From: an uncultured delta proteobacterium
GTDB taxonomy: Bacteria; Myxococcota_A; Polyangia; Polyangiales; Houyiibacteriaceae
Assembly (NCBI GenBank): GCA_963699755.1
Contig: CAVOVB010000001.1
Location: 1,440,001 to 1,504,000, forward strand
Direction: 5' to 3'
DNA length: 64,000 nt
Under the pieces are notes generated by a model. That model was not told the origin of the DNA and searched no databases. It was given only the letters and a program-made list of their open reading frames with translations. Every line of letters begins with the position of its first letter. Positions within the stretch are counted from its first letter, which is position 1. Shown here one piece after another: positions 18,397 to 27,538 of this stretch. The translations under genes were made by a program, and so were the position numbers.

Positions 18397-20805
18397 ATGA
18401 AGAAATCCCCCAACGCTCCCTGGTTTCTCTTGCTAGTCGCGATGGCGCTCTCCGCATGTGAGAGCGGCGGCGGCTCCGCGGTTTCCGTTCAGCAGAAGGT
18501 GGTCACTCCGCCCGGTCCCTGCGGTGATGGCGATCCAACCTGCCAAGTGGCGATGGACTTCCCGACGCAGGGCGACCTCACCATCGACAACAGCGACAAC
18601 ATCGTCTTCTCAGCATCCGACGGGGCGATCACACTGACACCCGGCAGCAACGTGGTCATCGACACCGATGGGGACGGCGTACCGAACTGGGCCGACGACT
18701 GCCCGGGACCGGGTTGGCGCACGCCTTGCGATGGTGACCCCAGCGACGACGGCATCTACGACACGGCGTACTACAACTCCGACAGCCAAAACACTCTTGC
18801 GGCCGACGTCAGCATCTCGGGCAAGATCAACTTCGCGGATGCATACATCTTGATGGACAGCACAGGCAGCATGGGAGGCGAGCAGGCGCAGCTCGTCGCC
18901 GACCTGACCGCGAGTACCTTCGGCAGTTGCCCGGGCGCAGCCGGCACGGGCCTCATCGGTGCAATGAAGTGCTCGATCGCTGACCTCTGGATGGGCGTGG
19001 GAGAGTTCAAGGAGATTCCGCTGTCTCCGCATGCGAACCCGTATAGTCAGACTCCGTTTCACCACTACCTCGACATGACCGACAACGTTGGCGACATCCT
19101 TGAGGCCGCTGCATCGCTCGTCACCCGCTCCAACAGCGACCGGCCCGAGGCTGCCACGCAGGCCCTCTACTCGGTTGTGACGGGTAAGGGTCTTGGGCCC
19201 TACGTGCCGAACCGGGGCGCCTGCCCCTCGTCGCCCGCTGGACGCTGGGGTTACCCGTGTTTCCGGCCCGGGTCTCTACCGATCATCATTCTCTTCACCG
19301 ATGCACCCATGTGGAACGGACCCCTTCCGGCCAGCGGCGTATATGCCAACCCTCCCTTCGACGGGATCCTGGGTGCTGGCGCGCTCCTGCCGCCGGTCGA
19401 GCAGCATCCAAACATGCTCTTTGCGACCGACGCCTTCTCGGCGCACGACCTGGGCGATTTGACCAACAAGTCGGTTACCGTGATGGGAACGAACGCCAGG
19501 TTCGATGACAGTGCGACGACCTGGAATTTCGGGTCGTGCCTGCGCGGCAGCTCCGGCAATTACTACGGGGACGGGTTCGATGGGTTCGTCAAGTTCTCGC
19601 TCAGCGCTCCGACCAGCGTGTCGCTCAGCGGCCAGGGTACTCACTACCCTCTGTCGAACATGGCCCTGGCGAACTCATCTGGCACGTTTCTCGGTTGCGA
19701 CAATGGGCCGGGCGGCGGTGACCGTTGGGGTCGCCTGAACAATGTCGCCCTCGGGACTGGTGACTGGTACGCGATCAACGATTCGGCGGTGTCTCCCAGC
19801 AGTAGTGCCAACGCCAACCGTGGCCCGTTCCAAATCCGAATCCAGACCACTGCTCCCGATCCCAGTTGGCTGACGACTGACCTACCCGTGCCTTGGGCCG
19901 ATGTCCAAAACGAGCTCTTGGCAGCGGGCGTGAAGATCCTGACCGTCATTAGCCCCCGGGCGAGCGACGTGACGTTGGTGACCAACGAGGCCAACGCGCT
20001 AGCGAACCTCACCGGTTCCGTCGACCAAGCTGGCAACCCATACGTCGAGTCCATCGCTGAGGACGGAACGGGGCTTTCGACCGCGCTTCTCGATGCGATT
20101 GACTCCCTGGTCGCGAACACCCGTCGCGATCTGACCATCATCGCGGAGGACAATCCCGCGACTCCGGCCGTCGATGAGAGCCGGTTCGTCACGCTGATCG
20201 AGGCCTCGAGCTGTCCAACCGTCGGAATACCCAACTGCCTCGGCGGTCAGGGCACGGACACCTGTCTCGGCTGCTTGGCGAACGCCGGAGCCGGTTTTGA
20301 GTTTCGGATCGGAAACAACTTCATACCGCCGAGCGAGTTCCCGCAGGTCTTCGAGTTCGAGCTGGTCGCGATCGCCGACGGAACGGTGGAGCTTGAGCGG
20401 ATTCCCGTCCGAATCATGGTGCCGGGCGACGGCGCCAGCTACGGCAACGGCTTCTATGAAAACAACTACGCGGCGGAGGTCGTCTGTACGATGCCTCCCG
20501 AGCGTCCGGACTGGGGGAATCTGACCTGGATCGGCTCTACGCCGTCGGACAGCACTGTGGAGTTCGAGATCTTCACGGGGAACACCCTCGCGGAGCTGGA
20601 TGCCCAGATTCCGGTTTCGATCGTCTATCCGACCGACACGACGCTTCAAAGCTATGATCTGGGGGAGACGCTCGTCGCCAACGGCCGTCCGAACTACATG
20701 CCTTTGCTTCGCGTGAAGGCGAAGCTCAACGCCTCGAGCGATAGCTATTACACGCCTATCTTCGAAGGCTGGTCGACCCAGTTCCGCTGCATCCCGTTCG
20801 ACTAG
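18397..20805 (+). CDS. Large lipoprotein with VWA (integrin beta I-like) domain
   Basis: GGAGG RBS before ATG 18397; lipobox LSAC; thrombospondin-3-like DTDGDGVPNWADDC; MIDAS-like YILMDSTGSMGGE; DRPEAATQAL; FRPGSLPIIILFTDAP. Confidence 0.8.
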   Translation: MKKSPNAPWFLLLVAMALSACESGGGSAVSVQQKVVTPPGPCGDGDPTCQVAMDFPTQGDLTIDNSDNIVFSASDGAITLTPGSNVVIDTDGDGVPNWADDCPGPGWRTPCDGDPSDDGIYDTAYYNSDSQNTLAADVSISGKINFADAYILMDSTGSMGGEQAQLVADLTASTFGSCPGAAGTGLIGAMKCSIADLWMGVGEFKEIPLSPHANPYSQTPFHHYLDMTDNVGDILEAAASLVTRSNSDRPEAATQALYSVVTGKGLGPYVPNRGACPSSPAGRWGYPCFRPGSLPIIILFTDAPMWNGPLPASGVYANPPFDGILGAGALLPPVEQHPNMLFATDAFSAHDLGDLTNKSVTVMGTNARFDDSATTWNFGSCLRGSSGNYYGDGFDGFVKFSLSAPTSVSLSGQGTHYPLSNMALANSSGTFLGCDNGPGGGDRWGRLNNVALGTGDWYAINDSAVSPSSSANANRGPFQIRIQTTAPDPSWLTTDLPVPWADVQNELLAAGVKILTVISPRASDVTLVTNEANALANLTGSVDQAGNPYVESIAEDGTGLSTALLDAIDSLVANTRRDLTIIAEDNPATPAVDESRFVTLIEASSCPTVGIPNCLGGQGTDTCLGCLANAGAGFEFRIGNNFIPPSEFPQVFEFELVAIADGTVELERIPVRIMVPGDGASYGNGFYENNYAAEVVCTMPPERPDWGNLTWIGSTPSDSTVEFEIFTGNTLAELDAQIPVSIVYPTDTTLQSYDLGETLVANGRPNYMPLLRVKAKLNASSDSYYTPIFEGWSTQFRCIPFD

Positions 20806-20832
20806 GGGGAGGCAACGCGACCCGAAGGCGTC

Positions 20833-23064
20833 CTAGCGGCTGCCGCCCCGGATCAGGGTGAGCATCGGCTTGGGCGCGTAGCCTGCGAGGTAGCCGCTCT
20901 CCTCGGCTACGTAGACCCAGCCACGCTCGTCGACCCGCATCAGGTCGGGGACCAGGTCGCAGGGCAGGCTGGCGGAGAGCTTCTGCCCGTCCGCGGGGCG
21001 CACCACGTGCACCGAGGAAGCCGGCACGAAGAGCGCGCCACCTCGCAGGACGGGTTCGAGCCGGCGCGGAATTTCGTCCGCGAGCGCGTCGGCGAGGCTG
21101 GTGTTCCAGCGGAGTTTCCCCGAGCGCACGTCGAGCGCGCTGAGCTGGCCAAAGGGGGCGTTGACGATCCAGGTCTCGTCGAACGTCAGGCCGGCGCCCC
21201 CTATGCCGAGGCCCGGGTCCCTGGTTTCCCAAAGGGGCGCTCCGGTCCGCAGGCAGTGCGCGGCGAGCGTCGCCTCGTCGCCGGCGGTCGAGACCAGCGC
21301 GACATTGGCGGCGACGCAGGGGTCGGAGGTCGGAGGGCCCGGAAGCTCGCGCTTCCAGCGCGCTTGGCCACTGTAGAGATCGATTGCGAAAAGCGAGCCT
21401 TCGCGTCGGCCACGGACAGCGGCCGCGATGACCGTTTCGTGGCTGACCAGGGGCTTGAACTGAAAACAGCCGCGCTCCGCGAAACGCCAAACGTCTTCGC
21501 CGGTCGCGATGTCGAGAGCGTGGATCGCCTCTTCTCCGCAGGTCACCAAGAGCAGACGGCCGACCTTGGTCATCCGGAACTCGCCACCGCTTCGCGAAGC
21601 GAAGCGCCATCGCGGCTCGCCGGTGCGTAGGTCGATCGCGACGAGCCGGTGACTGCCTTCGCTGACCACCGCGACAGGAGGCGTGTGTTCGCCGCCCGCC
21701 ATCAGGCCCACGGGTGGACCGCCGATCCGAGGTGTGATCTGGGTCGAGCAGTAGGGCTCGCCATCTTTGACATCGCAGAGCTCAACCTCGCCATCGGCCG
21801 AGACTCGAATCAGGACCGAACCGGCCATCAAGGTCGTCGAAGCTTGCCCCGGGCGCGCCCAGAGGACCCTACCATCATCGCGTGATACAGCAACGACGTG
21901 AGTCTGAGTTGCGATCACGAGTCGATCGCCGCACATGAAGACCGAGTTCGCGTCTAGGCCCTCGAGACAGATTCGCCATCGCTCGTCGAACTGCAGGGAA
22001 GGCAGGCTGCTCGGTGCCTCGGGCTCTTCAGAATCGCCACCACGGTGCATGCGTAGACGGTCGGGGTCGAGATTGACGAAGCTATCGGCGCTTCGGCGCG
22101 CGCGGATTTCCCTGCGGAGCGCGCGGACCTCTTGACGGAGGGCGCGGACGCGGAGGTTTCGGCTCTGGCCGCGGTCCGAGGCGACCAGGCTTCGAAGCAA
22201 ATCGCTCGTGAGCTTGAGAATCGGTAGGGCGGCCTCCGCGATCGTCAGTCCAGTTGCGGTCAGGTCACCGTGTCCCTTCGACGAAAGCTCGATGCTGACC
22301 AGCTGGTGAGCCGATTTTCGCATGGCGATCTGGAACTCGCCCGCTCGCAGACGAACGTGGGTCGGGCGTGTGCTCTCCCAGGAATCGACTAGGGTTCGCA
22401 CCGCCACGACCATTCGGTGGGCAGCCAGTATGATCGGTCCTCGCACGAGCGAGAGGCGGCGGCCCCTAACGAAAGCCCAGAGGTGGCCTTCGAAGAGCAG
22501 CGCGTGCACGTCAGCCCGCGACGATCGGCTCTGAGAAGGCGATGACGAAGGATAGACCGCAGCCTCGTACCCGAAGGTGAGAGGGATGTGCTCGCCCGGC
22601 GCGTCGAGATCACCGCCACGCTGGTTCATCGGCAGTAGACTGCCCTCGGGGTCCGGCGTGATCTTGGTCGCGAGGGCACGCTCCGCTACGCGGATCGCGA
22701 TCTGCCGAGCGGTCGGGTCGAGCTCCTGACCTGCCATTTCGAGCATCGACTGCGCGCAGCGGTCCAGGAGGCGCCGCAGCGGGACGGCGCGATCGAGCTG
22801 ATAGACGACCGGTGCGTTCGAGGTGCCGTAGCAGCTGACCAGGACCGAATCTCCACGGCGAACCAGGGCGTACTCGACCGCGGCGCTCGCAAGGGGCAGG
22901 AGCACCTTGGGTTTGGATCCGATCGCCAGGGCTGCGGCCGCGGCCGTGAGCTCCGCCAATGCCGGTGTTTCTAGATCGAGCTCCCCGCCGAGGAGAAGAT
23001 GCTGAACACCGGAATCGGTTCGTTTGTTGGCGTATGAAAGCGATTCGTCCAAGTGGGCGACCAT
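20833..23064 (-). CDS. PQQ-like beta-propeller repeat protein with uncharacterised N-terminal half
   Basis: Repeated A(I/L)DxxTGxxxW blades in the C-terminal half. No signal peptide. Start uncertain (ATG 23064 chosen). Confidence 0.8.
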   Translation of the reverse strand: MVAHLDESLSYANKRTDSGVQHLLLGGELDLETPALAELTAAAAALAIGSKPKVLLPLASAAVEYALVRRGDSVLVSCYGTSNAPVVYQLDRAVPLRRLLDRCAQSMLEMAGQELDPTARQIAIRVAERALATKITPDPEGSLLPMNQRGGDLDAPGEHIPLTFGYEAAVYPSSSPSQSRSSRADVHALLFEGHLWAFVRGRRLSLVRGPIILAAHRMVVAVRTLVDSWESTRPTHVRLRAGEFQIAMRKSAHQLVSIELSSKGHGDLTATGLTIAEAALPILKLTSDLLRSLVASDRGQSRNLRVRALRQEVRALRREIRARRSADSFVNLDPDRLRMHRGGDSEEPEAPSSLPSLQFDERWRICLEGLDANSVFMCGDRLVIATQTHVVAVSRDDGRVLWARPGQASTTLMAGSVLIRVSADGEVELCDVKDGEPYCSTQITPRIGGPPVGLMAGGEHTPPVAVVSEGSHRLVAIDLRTGEPRWRFASRSGGEFRMTKVGRLLLVTCGEEAIHALDIATGEDVWRFAERGCFQFKPLVSHETVIAAAVRGRREGSLFAIDLYSGQARWKRELPGPPTSDPCVAANVALVSTAGDEATLAAHCLRTGAPLWETRDPGLGIGGAGLTFDETWIVNAPFGQLSALDVRSGKLRWNTSLADALADEIPRRLEPVLRGGALFVPASSVHVVRPADGQKLSASLPCDLVPDLMRVDERGWVYVAEESGYLAGYAPKPMLTLIRGGSR

Positions 23065-23110
23065 GTTCTCTTTGCAGCGCGAGCTGGGAAGAAGAGGGTA
23101 CTTGCTGCGT

Positions 23111-24316
23111 TCAATTCGGATCCAAAAAAAGGCGCGTTGGCCCATATGTTGACGACGGGCTCCTCCTTCGGGGAATGGGTGCGAGGGGCTCTCCCATTAA
23201 GTGGCGCATCGCCGTAGAGAACCACTCGGCGCTGTGGTGGAGTGCCAGGTAGCGTCGAGCGCCATCGCGCAATGCGTTCGCGGCACCTTCGTTGTCGAGC
23301 AGGCTCTCTGCCGCTCTGGCCAAGGCGCGAGGACTGTCGTTGGGAATGATCGAGCAGGCTCGCTGCAGCGGAAGCCCGGCGGTGGCCCGCTCCGTTGCGA
23401 TGACGGGAAGCTCGCGGGCGAAGGCGTCGAGCATCTTGATCGGTAGACCGCCCACTGTGCGCCTCGGCACCCAGGCCAAGTCGCTCGCGGCATGGGCCAG
23501 CATGCGGCTTTGCTCCGAGCCGAGGCCGCAGAACACGATCGCGTCGGCGGCTCCCAGGCGTTCGGCTACCTTTCGAACGGGGGCGGGGTCCGAAGCGGTG
23601 GCGACGAGCAATCGGGCCTTCGGGTCGCTTTGGCGCAACAAGGAGATGGCCTCGACGAGGTCCTCCCAGCCCTGGTACCGGTCCAAATTGCCGGCGTAAA
23701 GACAGACATGTGCATCTGGCACCAACCCAAGCGCCAAGCGTGCCTCATTCCGGATCACCCGCTCCGTTCCCGGAGATGATGGCCAGGGGACCGGCAGGTA
23801 TCGCACCTCGTCGCCGAGAAGGGCGGCCAGCGAAGGGGCAACTGCTGCAACGCCCGCTGCCCGGGCGCACACTTGCCTTTCTACACGGCGCCCGACCTTG
23901 CCGACCAGTCGCTTCGCGACTCCGGGCAAGTAGACCGGAAGCTCGCATTCGAGCGAGGTGTGCGCGACGTAATACACTGGAGCGACGCCGGCGCCGAGCG
24001 CCGCGAGGGCGGCTTCGATGTGGTGCGCGACGATCGCTCTGGGCTGAAGTTGGCGCGCCAGCTTGCGAATCTCCCCTACGCAACGCGCGTCCAGCGCGAC
24101 CTTGCCCCAGGAAGGCCCGGAGCGTAGCGAGCGAACATTCGGAAAGTTGGGTATGCGATGGATCTCGTAGGGCGCGTCGAGCTCGTAGGCCGCTTGCGCA
24201 TAAGCGAGCAGGTGGGTTTGCCGCCCCGCTTCTGACGATGCCTTGAGCATGGCTGCAATCGCTGCCTGTGTGCCCTGATGCGTTGGGAACGGGAGGCAGG
24301 CGACGTGAAGGATCAT
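23111..24316 (-). CDS. Glycosyltransferase family 4
   Basis: Real start is MILHVACLPFP at 24316 (ATGA overlap). Motifs YAGNLDRYQG and GLPIKMLDAFA..LPVIA. Confidence 0.85.
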   Translation of the reverse strand: MILHVACLPFPTHQGTQAAIAAMLKASSEAGRQTHLLAYAQAAYELDAPYEIHRIPNFPNVRSLRSGPSWGKVALDARCVGEIRKLARQLQPRAIVAHHIEAALAALGAGVAPVYYVAHTSLECELPVYLPGVAKRLVGKVGRRVERQVCARAAGVAAVAPSLAALLGDEVRYLPVPWPSSPGTERVIRNEARLALGLVPDAHVCLYAGNLDRYQGWEDLVEAISLLRQSDPKARLLVATASDPAPVRKVAERLGAADAIVFCGLGSEQSRMLAHAASDLAWVPRRTVGGLPIKMLDAFARELPVIATERATAGLPLQRACSIIPNDSPRALARAAESLLDNEGAANALRDGARRYLALHHSAEWFSTAMRHLMGEPLAPIPRRRSPSSTYGPTRLFLDPN

Positions 24317-26037
24317 TCGATGTACCCGAGTGCGCGGAGTCGAGATTCGACGAGACCCTCGTTCTGCGCGTTGCACGACGCGAGCGGGCCCGTTTCGGGG
24401 AGCGCGACCGTCGACACGTTCCGCTGGTCCAGCAGAGCCTCCCAGAGGACGCGCCCCATGAACGATGGCGGCACCGAGAGACCGAGCCGGCGCAGGAGGG
24501 TCGCGCTCAGGTCTGCGATCTGTGCATCGACTCGGCCTACGGCCTCCACGCTCGGCCCAGCTAGGGTCATGAACCCATGTGAGCGATGGCTGCCCGGAAG
24601 GCTTCGTCCCTTCTTGCCGAGCTTTTCGGCAGTACCGAGCTTGCGAAAGGGGCGAGTTGTTGGGGGCTGCACCGGCAAGCGGCTTTGCGTCCATGGGGCT
24701 GCGCGTATCGCATTCGGGGACTCGCTCGGCATCAGATTGTACGAGTAGCCGTCGTCGAGGTGAAGATCGACGACCAGGTCGGGCGCGCGATCCAAGTGCG
24801 GGCCATCGAAGAGCTCCTCGCGGGGGATCAAGTCTCGAAACACCAGCTCGCCGCTCCATGGATCGCGGGTGTCGAGCAAGGCCGCTCGAATTCGCAGGAT
24901 GGTTTCCTGTCTCTGCCAGGGTCGAACGATGCCGCCCGGCTCTCGCCCGGCCAGGTTGAGGTGAATACCGGGGAAGTAGTTCAACTCGTCGCTGAACGCG
25001 ACGGTGTTCGCCATGTCGATCCCACCGAATCGCACATTCGATTCCAATCGGCTTGGCAACCAGGCGTTGCCGAGGCGAAACAGGCGCTCCCGGAGACGGG
25101 GCGGAACACGCCGCAGTGCGATCTCTTTCAAGCGGGCGGCGCGAGGGCCCCGCGCTGACCGAAACCGAAGCAGAGCGTGCTCGGCCAAGAGCCGATTGAG
25201 GTACAACACTTTGTCCGACGAGCCTCCGGAACCATGGTCGCTGAGCACCGTGACCTCGGTTTGCTCGCCTCCCGCGGCCTGCATGAGCGCGCCAACGGCT
25301 TGGTCGAGCGCCTCGTAGACCCGCCCGAGCCCTCCTCCGTCCGCGGCCGAAACGCTGGCTGGACGTCTCGGCGATCGCGTGTCGTGATGTGCCCAGAGAT
25401 AGTGGGACGCGGTGTCGCTTTCGCCGAAATAGAGGGCGAAGACATCCCAGTCCTGTCGCTCGAGCAACCATCTCCCCCAGTCGGTCTTCCGTCCGACGCG
25501 GCGAACCAGCGCGTCCGGCAACCCGTCGATCCAGCCGGGCTCATCGGCATGGAACTCGTCGACATCGTCGAATGACGGCTTGCCGAACCTTTGCAGGGTG
25601 TCGTCGTAGAGGGATGGAGGCCAGATGAACGAACGGTCGGCCTCGAATGCAACCGGCGAATCCCAGCCGCTCACGAAGACTCCGTGCCGAAGCTTTTCGG
25701 GCGGCCAGGTCGCAGGAAAGCTCAAGCAGGCACAGCGTAGCCCGAGCTGATCGAGCCGCGTGAAGAGCGTCGGCACTTCACGGGCCGTGCCCGAGGTGAA
25801 CCGAACCCTATAGCCCTTGCGCGTCGTGAAATCGAAAACCCCATGACGAGCCGGGTCGACGCCCGTGAGAAAGGTCGTCCAGTTCGGCAGCGTGGCCGGG
25901 GGCTGCACCGACTCGAGCGCAGCGAACACGCCGCGGGACATCAGCGCGTGTAGATTCGGCAAGCGCTCCGCGCCAAACAGCTCGACGAGCCCGAGATCAA
26001 ACCCATCCAACCCCAACACCAGCGCCCGCGCCGCCAC
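24313..26037 (-). CDS. Alkaline phosphatase superfamily protein (type I phosphodiesterase/nucleotide pyrophosphatase)
   Basis: LGLDG, SVQPPATLPNW (Thr nucleophile), DTASH, LSDHG, GSHRSHG and C-terminal RLRALGYIE. Confidence 0.87.
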   Translation of the reverse strand: MAARALVLGLDGFDLGLVELFGAERLPNLHALMSRGVFAALESVQPPATLPNWTTFLTGVDPARHGVFDFTTRKGYRVRFTSGTAREVPTLFTRLDQLGLRCACLSFPATWPPEKLRHGVFVSGWDSPVAFEADRSFIWPPSLYDDTLQRFGKPSFDDVDEFHADEPGWIDGLPDALVRRVGRKTDWGRWLLERQDWDVFALYFGESDTASHYLWAHHDTRSPRRPASVSAADGGGLGRVYEALDQAVGALMQAAGGEQTEVTVLSDHGSGGSSDKVLYLNRLLAEHALLRFRSARGPRAARLKEIALRRVPPRLRERLFRLGNAWLPSRLESNVRFGGIDMANTVAFSDELNYFPGIHLNLAGREPGGIVRPWQRQETILRIRAALLDTRDPWSGELVFRDLIPREELFDGPHLDRAPDLVVDLHLDDGYSYNLMPSESPNAIRAAPWTQSRLPVQPPTTRPFRKLGTAEKLGKKGRSLPGSHRSHGFMTLAGPSVEAVGRVDAQIADLSATLLRRLGLSVPPSFMGRVLWEALLDQRNVSTVALPETGPLASCNAQNEGLVESRLRALGYIE

Positions 26038-26116
26038 CCGCAGACCCTAGCGCGAGAGCCCCCCGCTGGCACTGAGCTTGTCGTTCGCACGGTCGCTGAC
26101 GCCGATGCCGACCCTG

Positions 26117-27499
26117 TCACAGCGTCCAGTCCCGACCCAGAATCCCCGGCGGCCTGGGAACGCCGAAGGCTCCCAAGATCGTTGGCGTCACGTCGTAGAT
26201 CTCCGCTCCCTCGACGCAGCCCCGCGCCGGAATGCCTCCTCCGCTCATGACGAAGATGCCCTCCCAATCGTGGTTGCAGCCGTCGAGTCCCGTGTCGTTC
26301 TCGTCGACCACGATCCGACCTGTGCCGACCGAGCCGATCGCGCGTAGCTTCAGCTCATCGAAGTAGACCATCAGGTCCGGAGGGAAGCCCCGGGCTCGCT
26401 TGTAGTATTCTTCAGGAGCTCGCACCAAGACCGGAACCCGTTCACCCTCGTCGTTTCGCACATGCTCGAGCTCTCGACGGAGCTCATCTCGAACTGCTCG
26501 AGCTCGTTCGGGCGCAACGATTCCATTGCGCTCACGCCCTGCGACGTTGAGAAAGATCCTCGCGTAGTAGCCGCCCTCGGCCCAGGCAGTCGTTTGCGAC
26601 CAATCCACGAGCGAGTGGTCGAGCGAGATCGACGCCGAGGGCCGATCTCGAAGACGTAAGTATCCCTTCTCGATCAACCAATCATTGATGCAAAACCCTC
26701 CGTGCATCGCGCGCGCTCCATGGTCGCTGACGACCATCACGGAGGTGTCGTCGTCGGCCAAAGCGCAGAGCCGTCCGATCCGGGCATCGAGGAGCTGGTA
26801 GTATTTTGGGCCAAGGTCTTTCCAAGGATTCGCGGCTTCGTGGCGCGGATGCTCCGAATCGATGTGACGCCAAAATGCGTGGTGAAAACGATCGACGCCG
26901 ATTTCGACCAGCATCATGAAGCCCGGTTCCTGATCGCACCAGATCTGCTCCGCGATATCGAAGTGTTGCTCGGTCATCGCGACGATGTCTCGGTAGATCC
27001 GGTCTAGATCGTCATCGCGGAAGTTTTCTACGTCCGCGCGGTACCGTCCGAACCGCTCGATGAGCTCGGTTTCGAGTGAACGGGGAAAACACCAGGGCGC
27101 ATCGCCTCCTGGCCACATGAAGCCCGACACCATTTGGCCATGCACCGGCGTTGGGGGCGAGGTCAACGGCACGAAAAGTGGAGCAACGCGACGGCCATGT
27201 TCGCCCAGCCAATCCCAGACACGTTTGACGCGAACATCGTTTCCGTCAACCAAACGCAAGCGAGTTTCACCTGGAACGCGATTTCGGAATCCATACAAAC
27301 CGAGCTCGCCCGCGTCGCGTCCGGAGAGCATGCAGGTCCACGCGGGCACGGTGATGGGCGGCTCCGTGCTCCGCAGCCTTCCCCATGTCCCGCGGTCCAT
27401 GAGCGCGGAGAGGTTCGGCATCGCGTCGCGATAGCGCTCAAACACCAGCTCGGGCGCAGCGCAGTCCAGACCGACCACCATCATTCGCATCTGGCTCAT
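26117..27499 (-). CDS. Alkaline phosphatase superfamily protein (type I phosphodiesterase/nucleotide pyrophosphatase)
   Basis: VGLDCA, STEPPITVPAW, DRFHHAFW, VSDHGA and NHDWEGIF. Confidence 0.88.
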   Translation of the reverse strand: MSQMRMMVVGLDCAAPELVFERYRDAMPNLSALMDRGTWGRLRSTEPPITVPAWTCMLSGRDAGELGLYGFRNRVPGETRLRLVDGNDVRVKRVWDWLGEHGRRVAPLFVPLTSPPTPVHGQMVSGFMWPGGDAPWCFPRSLETELIERFGRYRADVENFRDDDLDRIYRDIVAMTEQHFDIAEQIWCDQEPGFMMLVEIGVDRFHHAFWRHIDSEHPRHEAANPWKDLGPKYYQLLDARIGRLCALADDDTSVMVVSDHGARAMHGGFCINDWLIEKGYLRLRDRPSASISLDHSLVDWSQTTAWAEGGYYARIFLNVAGRERNGIVAPERARAVRDELRRELEHVRNDEGERVPVLVRAPEEYYKRARGFPPDLMVYFDELKLRAIGSVGTGRIVVDENDTGLDGCNHDWEGIFVMSGGGIPARGCVEGAEIYDVTPTILGAFGVPRPPGILGRDWTL

Positions 27500-27538
27500 C
27501 AGTTCCTCAGTAGCCTCTGCGTGCGAGTGGGCCTTGGT

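Noticed and set aside
23065..23200. T-tract (minus strand) near the GT4 end as a terminator or ncRNA
   Set aside because: There is no convincing GC stem directly before the T-run, and it lies within the GT4 reading frame.
24317..25471. Apparent 786-aa GT4 with a long N-terminal extension; similar extensions at 7213, 15256-16530, 18223, 32136, 49187-50674 and 49757
   Set aside because: The extensions overlap neighbouring genes in another frame and are Arg/Pro/Ala-rich noise; better starts lie downstream.
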